A DNA stretch of 64,000 nt from Paracoccaceae bacterium (GTDB taxonomy: Bacteria > Pseudomonadota > Alphaproteobacteria > Rhodobacterales > Rhodobacteraceae), in the NCBI GenBank assembly GCA_965214695.1, contig CBDCCF010000001.1, forward strand, positions 18,838 to 82,837. Reading direction: 5' to 3'. The translations under genes were made by a program, and so were the position numbers. The notes under the pieces were generated by a model. It had not been told where the DNA came from and did not search any database. It saw only the letters and a program-made list of their open reading frames with translations. Positions 37,815 through 45,989 of this stretch are shown here, in pieces. The first letter of the stretch is position 1. Each line of letters begins with the position of its first letter.

Positions 37815-38470
37815 TTGAAGACATTGAAATTCTGGAAAAGATATTTATCGCTAAGACAGCGGCCAAGTACCGCAGCCGGGGCTATGAAGTGGAGGAAGAC
37901 TGCCCGTTGGAGTTCCTGCCTGGCTTTCGCTCCGATCTTGTTGCGCGCAAAGATGGCGATGTGAGGGTGATCGAAGTAAAGACCAGGACGTCTCTGGCGT
38001 TGACGAAGAAGTTGAATGAACTGGCCGAAATTTTGTATAGCAAGCCCGGTTGGAGCTATGACCTGCTTCTGGTGGGCGAACCGGAGAAACTGGAGTCGCC
38101 CGAGGGCGCGCAGCCGTTTGCGGAGGCGGAGATCCGGAAACGGCTTACCGAGGCGGAGGCCGTTCTTGAGAAGGGTTCGGGTGAGGCTGCCTATTTGCTG
38201 GTCTGGTCGGCTTGCGAGGCCGCTATTCGCAATTTGATCGGGACCGAAGGGATTGCCATCGCGCGCGTCACGACGGCGTCATACGTCCTCGATATGGCGG
38301 TCATGCACGGCATCATTTCGCGCGAGGACTACGACTATCTGACCGACATGATGAAGTATCGAAACGCCATTGCCCACGGCTTTGATGTCAACGGGTTCAG
38401 CGACGAGAAGGTGACGGAGTTGATCGAGGTCGTTGTGCGGCTGCTGGATTCGGAGCCTGAACTGGTGTAG
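37811..38470 (+). CDS. PD-(D/E)xK nuclease-like N-domain fused to a HEPN-like C-domain
   Basis: The putative TTG start overlaps the RusA-like stop (TTGA). N-domain: FRSDLVARKDGDVRVIEVKTR (D...ExK). C-domain: MKYRNAIAHGF (Rx4H). The start codon is uncertain. Confidence 0.55.
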   Translation: MIEDIEILEKIFIAKTAAKYRSRGYEVEEDCPLEFLPGFRSDLVARKDGDVRVIEVKTRTSLALTKKLNELAEILYSKPGWSYDLLLVGEPEKLESPEGAQPFAEAEIRKRLTEAEAVLEKGSGEAAYLLVWSACEAAIRNLIGTEGIAIARVTTASYVLDMAVMHGIISREDYDYLTDMMKYRNAIAHGFDVNGFSDEKVTELIEVVVRLLDSEPELV

Positions 38471-38504
38471 CGGAAGCGGAAGGATGTCGGCATCGCGGGC
38501 GCTT

Positions 38505-38645
38505 CGTTCGCTTGGCCCGCCGCGAAGTGACGCGGAGAAAACCAAGGACGTATCGGATTTCTTGTGCACAGCTGCGCAACCGTTCGCGGATCAGTGGCAC
38601 TTTTCCCTGCAAATCGCTGTTCAGACAGACGGCAACGGGCCCTAG
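38505..38645 (+). repeat. MITE/REP-like element family, copy 5
   Basis: CGCGAAGTGACGCGGAGAAAACCAAGGACGTATCGGATTTCTTGTGCACAGCTGCGCAACCGTTCGCGGATCAG...CAGACAGACGGCAACGGGCCC. Confidence 0.8.
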
Positions 38646-38960
38646 AAACACTTGATGCGACAATGGCCTTTGGCGGAGGCGGACGTGTCTCTGGCACGAC
38701 GGCTCCATGAGCGGCATCCTGTTCTGCAGGCTCGCGGCCCGTGTCATTTGGCGAGTTGGCTGCGGCGGGGCGTGCGAGAGATCAAGATCTTTGATCAGAT
38801 GCTCGCTGAAGTGAGCAGTTTCTTGTCGTCCTCGTGATGTGGTACTTTTCCCCGGAAATTAGAGATTCGGCTCCGAACGTCGATAGCGCATTCCACTATT
38901 TGAGTGACCCTGATAACGGTCGATTATCAAGCTGTGCGGGGAGATCGTCGGCGGAACCCA

Positions 38961-40823
38961 CTTTCAGTGCTCTCTCTGTAGAGCCGTATGGTGGTTCGTC
39001 GATGCGGGAACCGACGCGTCCCAATCAACGTCCTTTCAGTGCTCTCTCTGTAGAGCCGTATGGTGGTTCCTTTGATTTCACGGCCACGGACGTATCGGAG
39101 CCGGTCTTTCAGTGCTCTCTCTGTAGAGCCGTATGGTGGTTCCTGGAGAGGGAACGGCAGCAAAAGGCATTGATATTTCTTTCAGTGCTCTCTCTGTAGA
39201 GCCGTATGGTGGTTCGCCCCTGACCGCGTGCCAGTCGGCGTCCGGCACCTGCCTTTCAGTGCTCTCTCTGTAGAGCCGTATGGTGGTTCTTGTCGGCGAG
39301 GCGGGCCCGGAAGCCGTCATACCGCTCTTTCAGTGCTCTCTCTGTAGAGCCGTATGGTGGTTCTTTGCGGCGGATTGAAACTCAGATACGAGTTATGTCT
39401 TCTTTCAGTGCTCTCTCTGTAGAGCCGTATGGTGGTTCGGCGTATCGTGATTTTGCTGCGTCTGATTTGTCGGCCTTTCAGTGCTCTCTCTGTAGAGCCG
39501 TATGGTGGTTCAATACTCGCTCGATCCCCAGACGAGAAAGTTTGTCCTTTCAGTGCTCTCTCTGTAGAGCCGTATGGTGGTTCGCCTGCGCCCGCGACGT
39601 ACTGCTTAGAATCAGGCCTTTCAGTGCTCTCTCTGTAGAGCCGTATGGTGGTTCGATGGTTGGCTATGGCGGCGGCTGCCGTTTCGGGCTCTTTCAGTGC
39701 TCTCTCTGTAGAGCCGTATGGTGGTTCCGCCTTCCAACCTGGCTTAGAGTATCTGCCCATTATCCTTTCAGTGCTCTCTCTGTAGAGCCGTATGGTGGTT
39801 CTTTGCATAGAAAAAGCCCCCGGATATGTGATCCGACTTTCAGTGCTCTCTCTGTAGAGCCGTATGGTGGTTCTAGCAGTCGATGGCGGGCTGGTCGTCG
39901 GTGAAGATCTTTCAGTGCTCTCTCTGTAGAGCCGTATGGTGGTTCGCCTGCGCCCGCGACGTACTGCTTAGAATCAGGCCTTTCAGTGCTCTCTCTGTAG
40001 AGCCGTATGGTGGTTCGATGGTTGGCTATGGCGGCGGCTGCCGTTTCGGGCTCTTTCAGTGCTCTCTCTGTAGAGCCGTATGGTGGTTCCGCCTTCCAAC
40101 CTGGCTTAGAGTATCTGCCCATTATCCTTTCAGTGCTCTCTCTGTAGAGCCGTATGGTGGTTCTTTGCATAGAAAAGTGGCCGTAAGTCATCCAGATCTT
40201 TCAGTGCTCCCTCTGTAGAGCCGTATGGTGGTTCAGCCCAACCGTCTCCGATGTACCTTCTCATTTGAACCTTTCAGTGCTCCCTCTGTAGAGCCGTATG
40301 GTGGTTCCTTAGCTGTTCCAGCTTCGACTACCATAAGATAGGGACTTTCAGTGCTCCCTCTGTAGAGCCGTATGGTGGTTCGGCGCCCACAAAGTCAACT
40401 GGAAAGGCTCACTCGCACTTTCAGTGCTCCCTCTGTAGAGCCGTATGGTGGTTCTCGAGTAGGATGATTCCCTCGGGGCCGAAGCTGATGAGCTTTCAGT
40501 GCTCCCTCTGTAGAGCCGTATGGTGGTTCCTCCCGCACCTATAACTACACAATCACGGATTCGCACTTTCAGTGCTCCCTCTGTAGAGCCGTATGGTGGT
40601 TCGAATGGCACGGCCTACGCCGCGACCGAGGCGGTAAACTTTCAGTGCTCCCTCTGTAGAGCCGTATGGTGGTTCGATGAAATCGGCCAGGTTGAAGCGG
40701 TAGATCGTGTTGACTTTCAGTGCTCTCTCTGTAGAGCCGTATGGTGGTTCAGCTGCTCGGCATAGTCGATGTGCTCCTCTGCGGTGCTTTCAGTGCTCTC
40801 TCTGTAGAGCCGTATGGTGGTTC
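38961..40823 (-). CRISPR. CRISPR array: 26 repeats of 37 nt, 25 spacers of 34-38 nt
   Basis: Plus-strand repeat CTTTCAGTGCTCTCTCTGTAGAGCCGTATGGTGGTTC, first at 38961 and last at 40787. The minus-strand reading GAACCACCATACGGCTCTACAGAGAGAGCACTGAAAG has a 5-bp stem (GCUCU/AGAGC) and an 8-nt ACUGAAAG tail. This fits transcription from the cas4 side. Confidence 0.97.
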
Positions 40824-41111
40824 CGCCGGTGTTTTAGTCGTATTTTATGCCATAAATGACCTGCAGGCCTTTTTTGAGGCTTCTCAGGGCCGCCTGCGGC
40901 CTCTGTTTTGCTGGAATCAGGCAATCCGGCAGCTGTTGGAGCGACAGTTTTCGCAATATGGGAATTGCGGAAAAAGTCTACCGGTTTGCGAGGGCTGTTT
41001 TCTGTCATTTTTCTCTGGTCACGCAGCTGTTGCACGGTGAGGTCGCCGCGGAGACGACAGACGCAGCGCAAGATTTGAAACAGTTTGCGAAACAGCATGG
41101 CTATATCATGA
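40824..41111 (-). promoter_or_regulatory. putative CRISPR leader
   Basis: 288-bp noncoding gap between the cas4 stop and the first repeat. It is AT-enriched next to the array (TTTTAGTCGTATTTTATGCCATAAATGA). Confidence 0.55.
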
Positions 41112-41756
41112 CTATAGCATGTCATTGCAGAAGCGGCGGAACTCGCAGTCTACACAGCGGCTGCGCTGTCTGGCTGGAACCGGCGGCATCCGTTCGGCGA
41201 GGACCAAGGTGCGGATTTCGGCCAACTGGCGACGGACATCGTTGCGCAGGCGGGTGGTGACGGGTACGCGGACGGCTTTGCGCGCCGGGGTCAGATACAG
41301 GAAACCATGTTCCACCGGCAGCTGCCATACCTCTTCCAGCAATAGCGCATAGCAGGCTAGCTGCAGCTTGAAGTGGCGTCCAGGCTCCCGCCGGCTCAGC
41401 TTGTAGTCGACCGGGATCAGCCGGTCCTCGCCGTTGACCGTATGTCTGATCACCAGGTCTATCTGTCCGCTTACGCCCAGTTGTCCAGAGGCTAGCGAGA
41501 CATTGAAGTGACGCTCGCCCTCTGTCAGCCCATAGGCGCGTAGCGAACGCCTCCGCTCCAGCTCTTCAGCGCGGTCCTGGGCGCGGATGCCGGCATCCAT
41601 TTTGTAGGTGGTGGGCCGCACCTCCGGCAAACAGTAGTGGTAGTAAGGGATGCGGGGGCAGTAGGCGAACTGTTTGAGGTCGGTTACTTTGAGCAGCCAC
41701 GCGGTATGTTCCGACACTTGCGCGTCCGTGGGCGCAGGAATCTCCGGCATGGTCAA
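41112..41756 (-). CDS. cas4: Cas4 (RecB-like nuclease with a 4-Cys cluster)
   Basis: N-terminal FAYCPR, RecB motif IDLV...VDYKLS, and C-terminal CVDCEFRRFC. Confidence 0.9.
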   Translation of the reverse strand: MTMPEIPAPTDAQVSEHTAWLLKVTDLKQFAYCPRIPYYHYCLPEVRPTTYKMDAGIRAQDRAEELERRRSLRAYGLTEGERHFNVSLASGQLGVSGQIDLVIRHTVNGEDRLIPVDYKLSRREPGRHFKLQLACYALLLEEVWQLPVEHGFLYLTPARKAVRVPVTTRLRNDVRRQLAEIRTLVLAERMPPVPARQRSRCVDCEFRRFCNDML

Positions 41757-42013
41757 TCCTCCTCCATGCCCTGCTCGATGACCAGGCGTTTGCGCCAGTC
41801 CTCCTTGCAGAGGGGGAAGAGGTGCACGCGGGCGGCGGCTTTGCCGATTTTCTGTTCGATCTTCAGCATCAGCTCCTCCTGATGGTTGGCGCCCAGGCGG
41901 CCGAGGAAGGCGCTGTACTGCAGGCGGTCGAGGCCGTAGTCAAGACAGAAGTCGGCGACCTTGGTGCGCACGCGGTCGTCAGGAATGTCATAGAGCAAGA
42001 GGCAACGGATCAT
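41753..42013 (-). CDS. cas2: Cas2
   Basis: 86 aa with LLLYDIPDDRVRTKVADFCLDYGLDRLQYSAFLG. Overlaps the cas4 start by 4 nt. Confidence 0.9.
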   Translation of the reverse strand: MIRCLLLYDIPDDRVRTKVADFCLDYGLDRLQYSAFLGRLGANHQEELMLKIEQKIGKAAARVHLFPLCKEDWRKRLVIEQGMEED

Positions 42014-42035
42014 ATTGCTTTTTCCTAAAGGCCGA

Positions 42036-43088
42036 TTACCAGCTCGAGACGAATGGGCTGTACGCGTCCCGCTCGCCGCGCAGGTAGGCGGCCAGATGGC
42101 GGGCCTGCATCTGCACGATGTTGCGCAGGGGATGGCGCTTGTCCTCGTACCGTTCCTGGGCTTCGAGGCGGGTGAGGACTTTATCGGCCAGAGATCTGCG
42201 GGCCTTTTCGGTGAGGCGGCCGCGGCCGTCCAGTTCGACGGCGGCGCCGCGGTTGAAGAGGGCCAGGACCGTGCGGTCCACGATGGTCTGGCGAAACTCC
42301 TCTACCATGTCGTAGACCAGGGCCGACTTGCCGGGGCGATCGGTATGCAGGAAACCGGCGTAGGGGTCCAGCCCGGCAAGCACGAGGGCCCGTTCAACCT
42401 GGCTGTAGAGGATCCCGTAGCCGTAGTTGAGGGCGCTGTTAAGCGGGTCGCTGGCGCCCTGCGTGCGCCGGCCGGGCCAGTTGACATCGGCCAGGAGGAG
42501 TTTGCCGATGGCCTGCCAGTATTTCTGTGAACCGCGGCCTTCGATGGAGAGGATCTGTCCGCGCACGTCATCGACGGTATAGCTTCTGACAGGGTTTTGG
42601 ATAGATTCGGCGCGCAGCCGGTCCAGTTCGGCGACGTGGTCGAGCACGTCGCCGGCGAGCAGGCGCACTTTCTTGTACAGGTCCGGCTGTTTGGCCTTGC
42701 GGTATTTGGCCATGTATTTGAGCAGGTTGATCTGGTTGCTCAGCTTGCCTTCGGCCACGGCCAGGGCAATGTGCAGACCGCGGCTGTCCTGGCGGGCCTC
42801 GAGCTGGGCCCGGCGGGTTTGCACGGTTGCAGCCAGGCCGGCGCTGTAGAGGCTGCCGACCGGTTTGCCGCGGCGGCTGAGGAAGTGGATAGGCACACCT
42901 TCTTCGGCGCAGGCGGCCACGACGTCGCTGCTGAGGCTTACGCCGCGTCCGGTGATGAGGACGGTTTCGAGGTGCATCAGGGGCGCGTCGCCCCGTTTTT
43001 CGCCCTGGCAGGTGACGCGCAGGCGCCCGCTTTTTTTGGCGACAAAGCTGCCGAACTCGTCTACGATCAGGTGTTGAACGATGGGCAT
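42036..43088 (-). CDS. cas1: Cas1 integrase
   Basis: 350 aa from MPIVQHLIVDEFGSFV. Typical Cas1 blocks: NSALNYGYGILYS, GLDPYAGFLH, LVYDMVEEFR. Confidence 0.92.
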   Translation of the reverse strand: MPIVQHLIVDEFGSFVAKKSGRLRVTCQGEKRGDAPLMHLETVLITGRGVSLSSDVVAACAEEGVPIHFLSRRGKPVGSLYSAGLAATVQTRRAQLEARQDSRGLHIALAVAEGKLSNQINLLKYMAKYRKAKQPDLYKKVRLLAGDVLDHVAELDRLRAESIQNPVRSYTVDDVRGQILSIEGRGSQKYWQAIGKLLLADVNWPGRRTQGASDPLNSALNYGYGILYSQVERALVLAGLDPYAGFLHTDRPGKSALVYDMVEEFRQTIVDRTVLALFNRGAAVELDGRGRLTEKARRSLADKVLTRLEAQERYEDKRHPLRNIVQMQARHLAAYLRGERDAYSPFVSSW

Positions 43089-43100
43089 GGCATCTCCTGG

Positions 43101-43135
43101 GAGTGGATAGTGGGTAGTGAATAGTGGATAGTTGA
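43101..43135. repeat. five tandem heptamers TAGTGRR between cas6 and cas1
   Basis: GAGTGGA TAGTGGG TAGTGAA TAGTGGA TAGTTGA. Confidence 0.75.
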
Positions 43136-43143
43136 CAGAGCAG

Positions 43144-44190
43144 TTATGAACCACTGTAGTTGAATTCGATATGGCCGCAGCCCTTGACGGTATTTTTTCC
43201 TATTTGCACCTGGGCTGCCCAGAGCAGCCAGGGCAGCAGCGGCCGCCAGTCCGGGGCGGCGTAGGTGGCGCGGCCGATGAAGCCGCCCAGTCTTTGCGCT
43301 TGCCGCAGACGGCCGGAGTAGCCGCTGACGTCCCACCAGCGGGTCTCGTCGTTGACCAGCGCGACGGCGTCGGCATGGGGGAAGAGATCGCGTTTGAGCT
43401 GCAACGCTTGTCCGGTCGGGTCGTTGCCTTGCGGCCTGGTGGTCGGTCTGCCGCCGCCGAACTGTGCGCTCAGGTCCAGGATGCGCATGGCGGCGTTTTT
43501 GATGAGCTGGAAGGGTTCGGGCGTGCTGATTTTGCCCTGGCGTTTGATCAGGCGTGTGGGGGTGGTGAAGTTGATCGTCAGCCGGTTGTCGCGGGTTTCG
43601 AGGCGGTCTGCCAGTTGGGCAGCGGCGTCAGCAATGTGTACGTTGTCCACGGGCGCGGTGACGGCCTGCACCATGCGTTCGCCCGGTTTCATGAGGATGG
43701 CGGTAGCGTTTGTCAGCGGGTTGGTGGAAGTGATCGATTCGATGGTGAAGCGGCCGCGGCGGCCGCGTTCGTCCTTGCGGCCGATGCCGCCGGTCCCCAT
43801 GCCCTCTGCGCCGAGGGCCAGGTAGGGCAGGTAATTTAGATGGTCTCCGAAGAGGGTGACGGTAAAGGCGAACGGTTCGCCGGCTGCGTAGCGGGCCCGG
43901 TTGTCGAGGGGTGGGCGGATGGCATAGGGCCGGCGCAGGTCGCCGCCGGCATCCTCATCCTGCGGCATGGACAGCAGCTGGCAGACGGGACAGACTGACG
44001 CGTGCAGTATGCCGTCCTCGTGGTTGTGGGAAGGGTCGCGTCGTTCCGGGCAGAAGGTACGGCGCAGGACGCCGGCGAATGCGCCGCGTACAGCGCTGCC
44101 TTTGAATGGATGCCAGAGGACCGGCTCCTGGGCGCGGCAGTGGAAGGTGAGATGGTGGACGGTGAGGGGGATGTGTGGATGAGAGGTCAT
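43144..44190 (-). CDS. cas6: Cas6-like RAMP endoribonuclease (long form with a Cys-containing insertion)
   Basis: Start MTSHPHIPLTVHHLTFHC. Ferredoxin-like N-terminus with GSAVRGAFAGVL, a CPVCQ insertion, and a C-terminal G-rich loop IGKNTVKGCGHIEF. The position after cas5 also fits. Confidence 0.72.
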   Translation of the reverse strand: MTSHPHIPLTVHHLTFHCRAQEPVLWHPFKGSAVRGAFAGVLRRTFCPERRDPSHNHEDGILHASVCPVCQLLSMPQDEDAGGDLRRPYAIRPPLDNRARYAAGEPFAFTVTLFGDHLNYLPYLALGAEGMGTGGIGRKDERGRRGRFTIESITSTNPLTNATAILMKPGERMVQAVTAPVDNVHIADAAAQLADRLETRDNRLTINFTTPTRLIKRQGKISTPEPFQLIKNAAMRILDLSAQFGGGRPTTRPQGNDPTGQALQLKRDLFPHADAVALVNDETRWWDVSGYSGRLRQAQRLGGFIGRATYAAPDWRPLLPWLLWAAQVQIGKNTVKGCGHIEFNYSGS

Positions 44191-44215
44191 GCGGCGTTCT
44201 TTTCTTTCCGCCTGT

Positions 44216-44950
44216 TCACTGCCTGGTTTGGTCGAACCGCTCATATAGCGTGTAGCCTCTGCTGCTGCGCGCCATGCGGTAGGGGAGGATGACGGGGCGC
44301 AGGATGCGGTGTGTGCCGAGGCGCATAGTTTTACTTGAGTAGATATTGACTTCATCGAAACTGAGGTTTCTTCCGCAGTCGTCCATGACCTGCAACGTGC
44401 CGTCCAGTGGGAAGCTCTCGCTATGCTGTTCATCCTCACCTAAAAGAAGAAAATTCGGAGGCAGTTTCTCACTCTTTTCGAACTGTCCCGTAGCCTGGAC
44501 GAAACCTCCCCGCTTGCCCAGGTAGTGGATATTGGTCGTCCACAGCGCCCAGTCTTCATCTGCCTCATTGGAGGGCTCAAAGGCGATCCGTGTTTCTCCA
44601 TGCCACTGTACATACTCGCGGAAACCGATTGACCGACCCATGATTTGTAAGACACCAGTATCTGGATCGGGCAATACTTGGCCACGGCTTGGTTTCAGGA
44701 TTTTCGTGAACGTATTGTTCACTGCGATCTGATCCGGGCCGTGAATTGCGATCTTGCCATCACGGATGGCAGGCCATAGCCTCGTCCCCGCATCGATCCC
44801 TTCCAGCTGGATCACCGTGTTCAGGAGAGCCATTTTGAAGGAAAATGGCGTAGGAAGCAGAAGGGACTTGCCGCCGGTGGAGGTGGCGGCAGCCGCCTTC
44901 AGTGAGAACATTGTGACCGGCTCATAGGTAGTGATCCACCACATAGGCAC
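44216..44950 (-). CDS. cas5: Cas5-like RAMP subunit
   Basis: 244 aa placed between cas7 and cas6. N-terminal beta-strand plus LLLPTPFSFKMALLN, and a glycine-rich YLGKRGGFVQ. Confidence 0.68.
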   Translation of the reverse strand: MPMWWITTYEPVTMFSLKAAAATSTGGKSLLLPTPFSFKMALLNTVIQLEGIDAGTRLWPAIRDGKIAIHGPDQIAVNNTFTKILKPSRGQVLPDPDTGVLQIMGRSIGFREYVQWHGETRIAFEPSNEADEDWALWTTNIHYLGKRGGFVQATGQFEKSEKLPPNFLLLGEDEQHSESFPLDGTLQVMDDCGRNLSFDEVNIYSSKTMRLGTHRILRPVILPYRMARSSRGYTLYERFDQTRQ

Positions 44951-44952
44951 TC

Positions 44953-45918
44953 CTATCGAGCGAACTCATGTGGCTGGCATTCGGTCAAGAGTTCTTGCAT
45001 CACGTCAGCCAGACTTGAGAGAGACCCAAATTCCTCAACATGCACGCGTCCCTCGTGGATGCGGTTGAGAGAGGCGGAGATATCCTTGGTTTGGTCTATG
45101 AAATTCGGGTTTAGGGGGCTTACCATAGGGGCAGGGGCGGCGCCCGTACTGTAGGTAAGCGTGCCAGTCACGTCGACAATATGGGGATTTTGCGTATTGC
45201 GCATCGCCCCGCTTGGCTGCACAAACGAGTAGAGTAGGCTTTCCAGCAACGCCGCAAGCCGGGCCTGTCGCTCATCGCCGTCCAGCACAACTTTCTGGCT
45301 GATATCGTTGTAGCCGATGCGATGCGCTTCAATATTACAGACGATAGCGTACTGGCCGCTGTTGGCGGGGCGGTGAAAGATGGCCTGCCCCAGATTGGCA
45401 GAGCGTTCATCTTTCTCCGTAGGAATCTCGCGACGATCCGGATCATATTTGACGTGGAAGAATTGATCGGTGGTGACCAGTTCGGGGATGCCTACCGCCC
45501 AGCCAAACTCTACTACACTCTTGCGGGGTACAGAGAGGTTGCCGGCGGTAATCAGATTGCCTTCGATGTCGTCTAGTGTGCAACTAAGCAATCTGTCTAC
45601 GACTTGCACCGGCGTGGGTTTCTCCTTCTTTACCCATTCCTCGAATTCTGGATCTCCCGACATGCGGTTGGCGTCGAAGCGTTGACAGGCGGCGCACAGC
45701 GGCAATCCCCGCTCCTTACTGATACGGTAGAGATGTTCGGCCTGGATATGTTTGAGCATGTCGCCGCTAATGGCGTTGACACTCTCTAGCCGCCCATCGT
45801 GGGACACGATATTGACGATACGGGTCTGGGTCTGATTGCCCTCACCGCCCTCATTATTGAGAGAATGCAGATTCAAAGTGGCTTTGGCGGCGATCGACAG
45901 GTTAAAGATGGTTGTCAT
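44953..45918 (-). CDS. cas7: Cas7 backbone subunit (Csa2/Cst2/DevR/Csc2-like flavour)
   Basis: Motifs LNLHSLNNEGGEGN and AISGDMLKHIQAEH are characteristic of this Cas7 clade. Confidence 0.85.
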   Translation of the reverse strand: MTTIFNLSIAAKATLNLHSLNNEGGEGNQTQTRIVNIVSHDGRLESVNAISGDMLKHIQAEHLYRISKERGLPLCAACQRFDANRMSGDPEFEEWVKKEKPTPVQVVDRLLSCTLDDIEGNLITAGNLSVPRKSVVEFGWAVGIPELVTTDQFFHVKYDPDRREIPTEKDERSANLGQAIFHRPANSGQYAIVCNIEAHRIGYNDISQKVVLDGDERQARLAALLESLLYSFVQPSGAMRNTQNPHIVDVTGTLTYSTGAAPAPMVSPLNPNFIDQTKDISASLNRIHEGRVHVEEFGSLSSLADVMQELLTECQPHEFAR

Positions 45919-45989
45919 GAGGTGTACTCCGTTGACAGTGTTAGGAATTGCCGGTGCAACTTGGAAAGGGTCGAGTATACATCGTGGAC

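Noticed and set aside
38927-41040. Many 70-200-aa ORFs on both strands across the CRISPR array (for example 39290-39904 and 39317-39808)
   Set aside because: They consist of the repeat translated periodically (FSALSVEPYGGS and TTIRLYRESTER).
43144-44439. Full 431-aa version of cas6 overlapping cas5
   Set aside because: The N-terminal 83 residues overlap the cas5 3' end in another frame and are Ser/Ala/Thr-rich. MTSHPHIPLTV at 44190 gives a normal Cas6 N-terminus.
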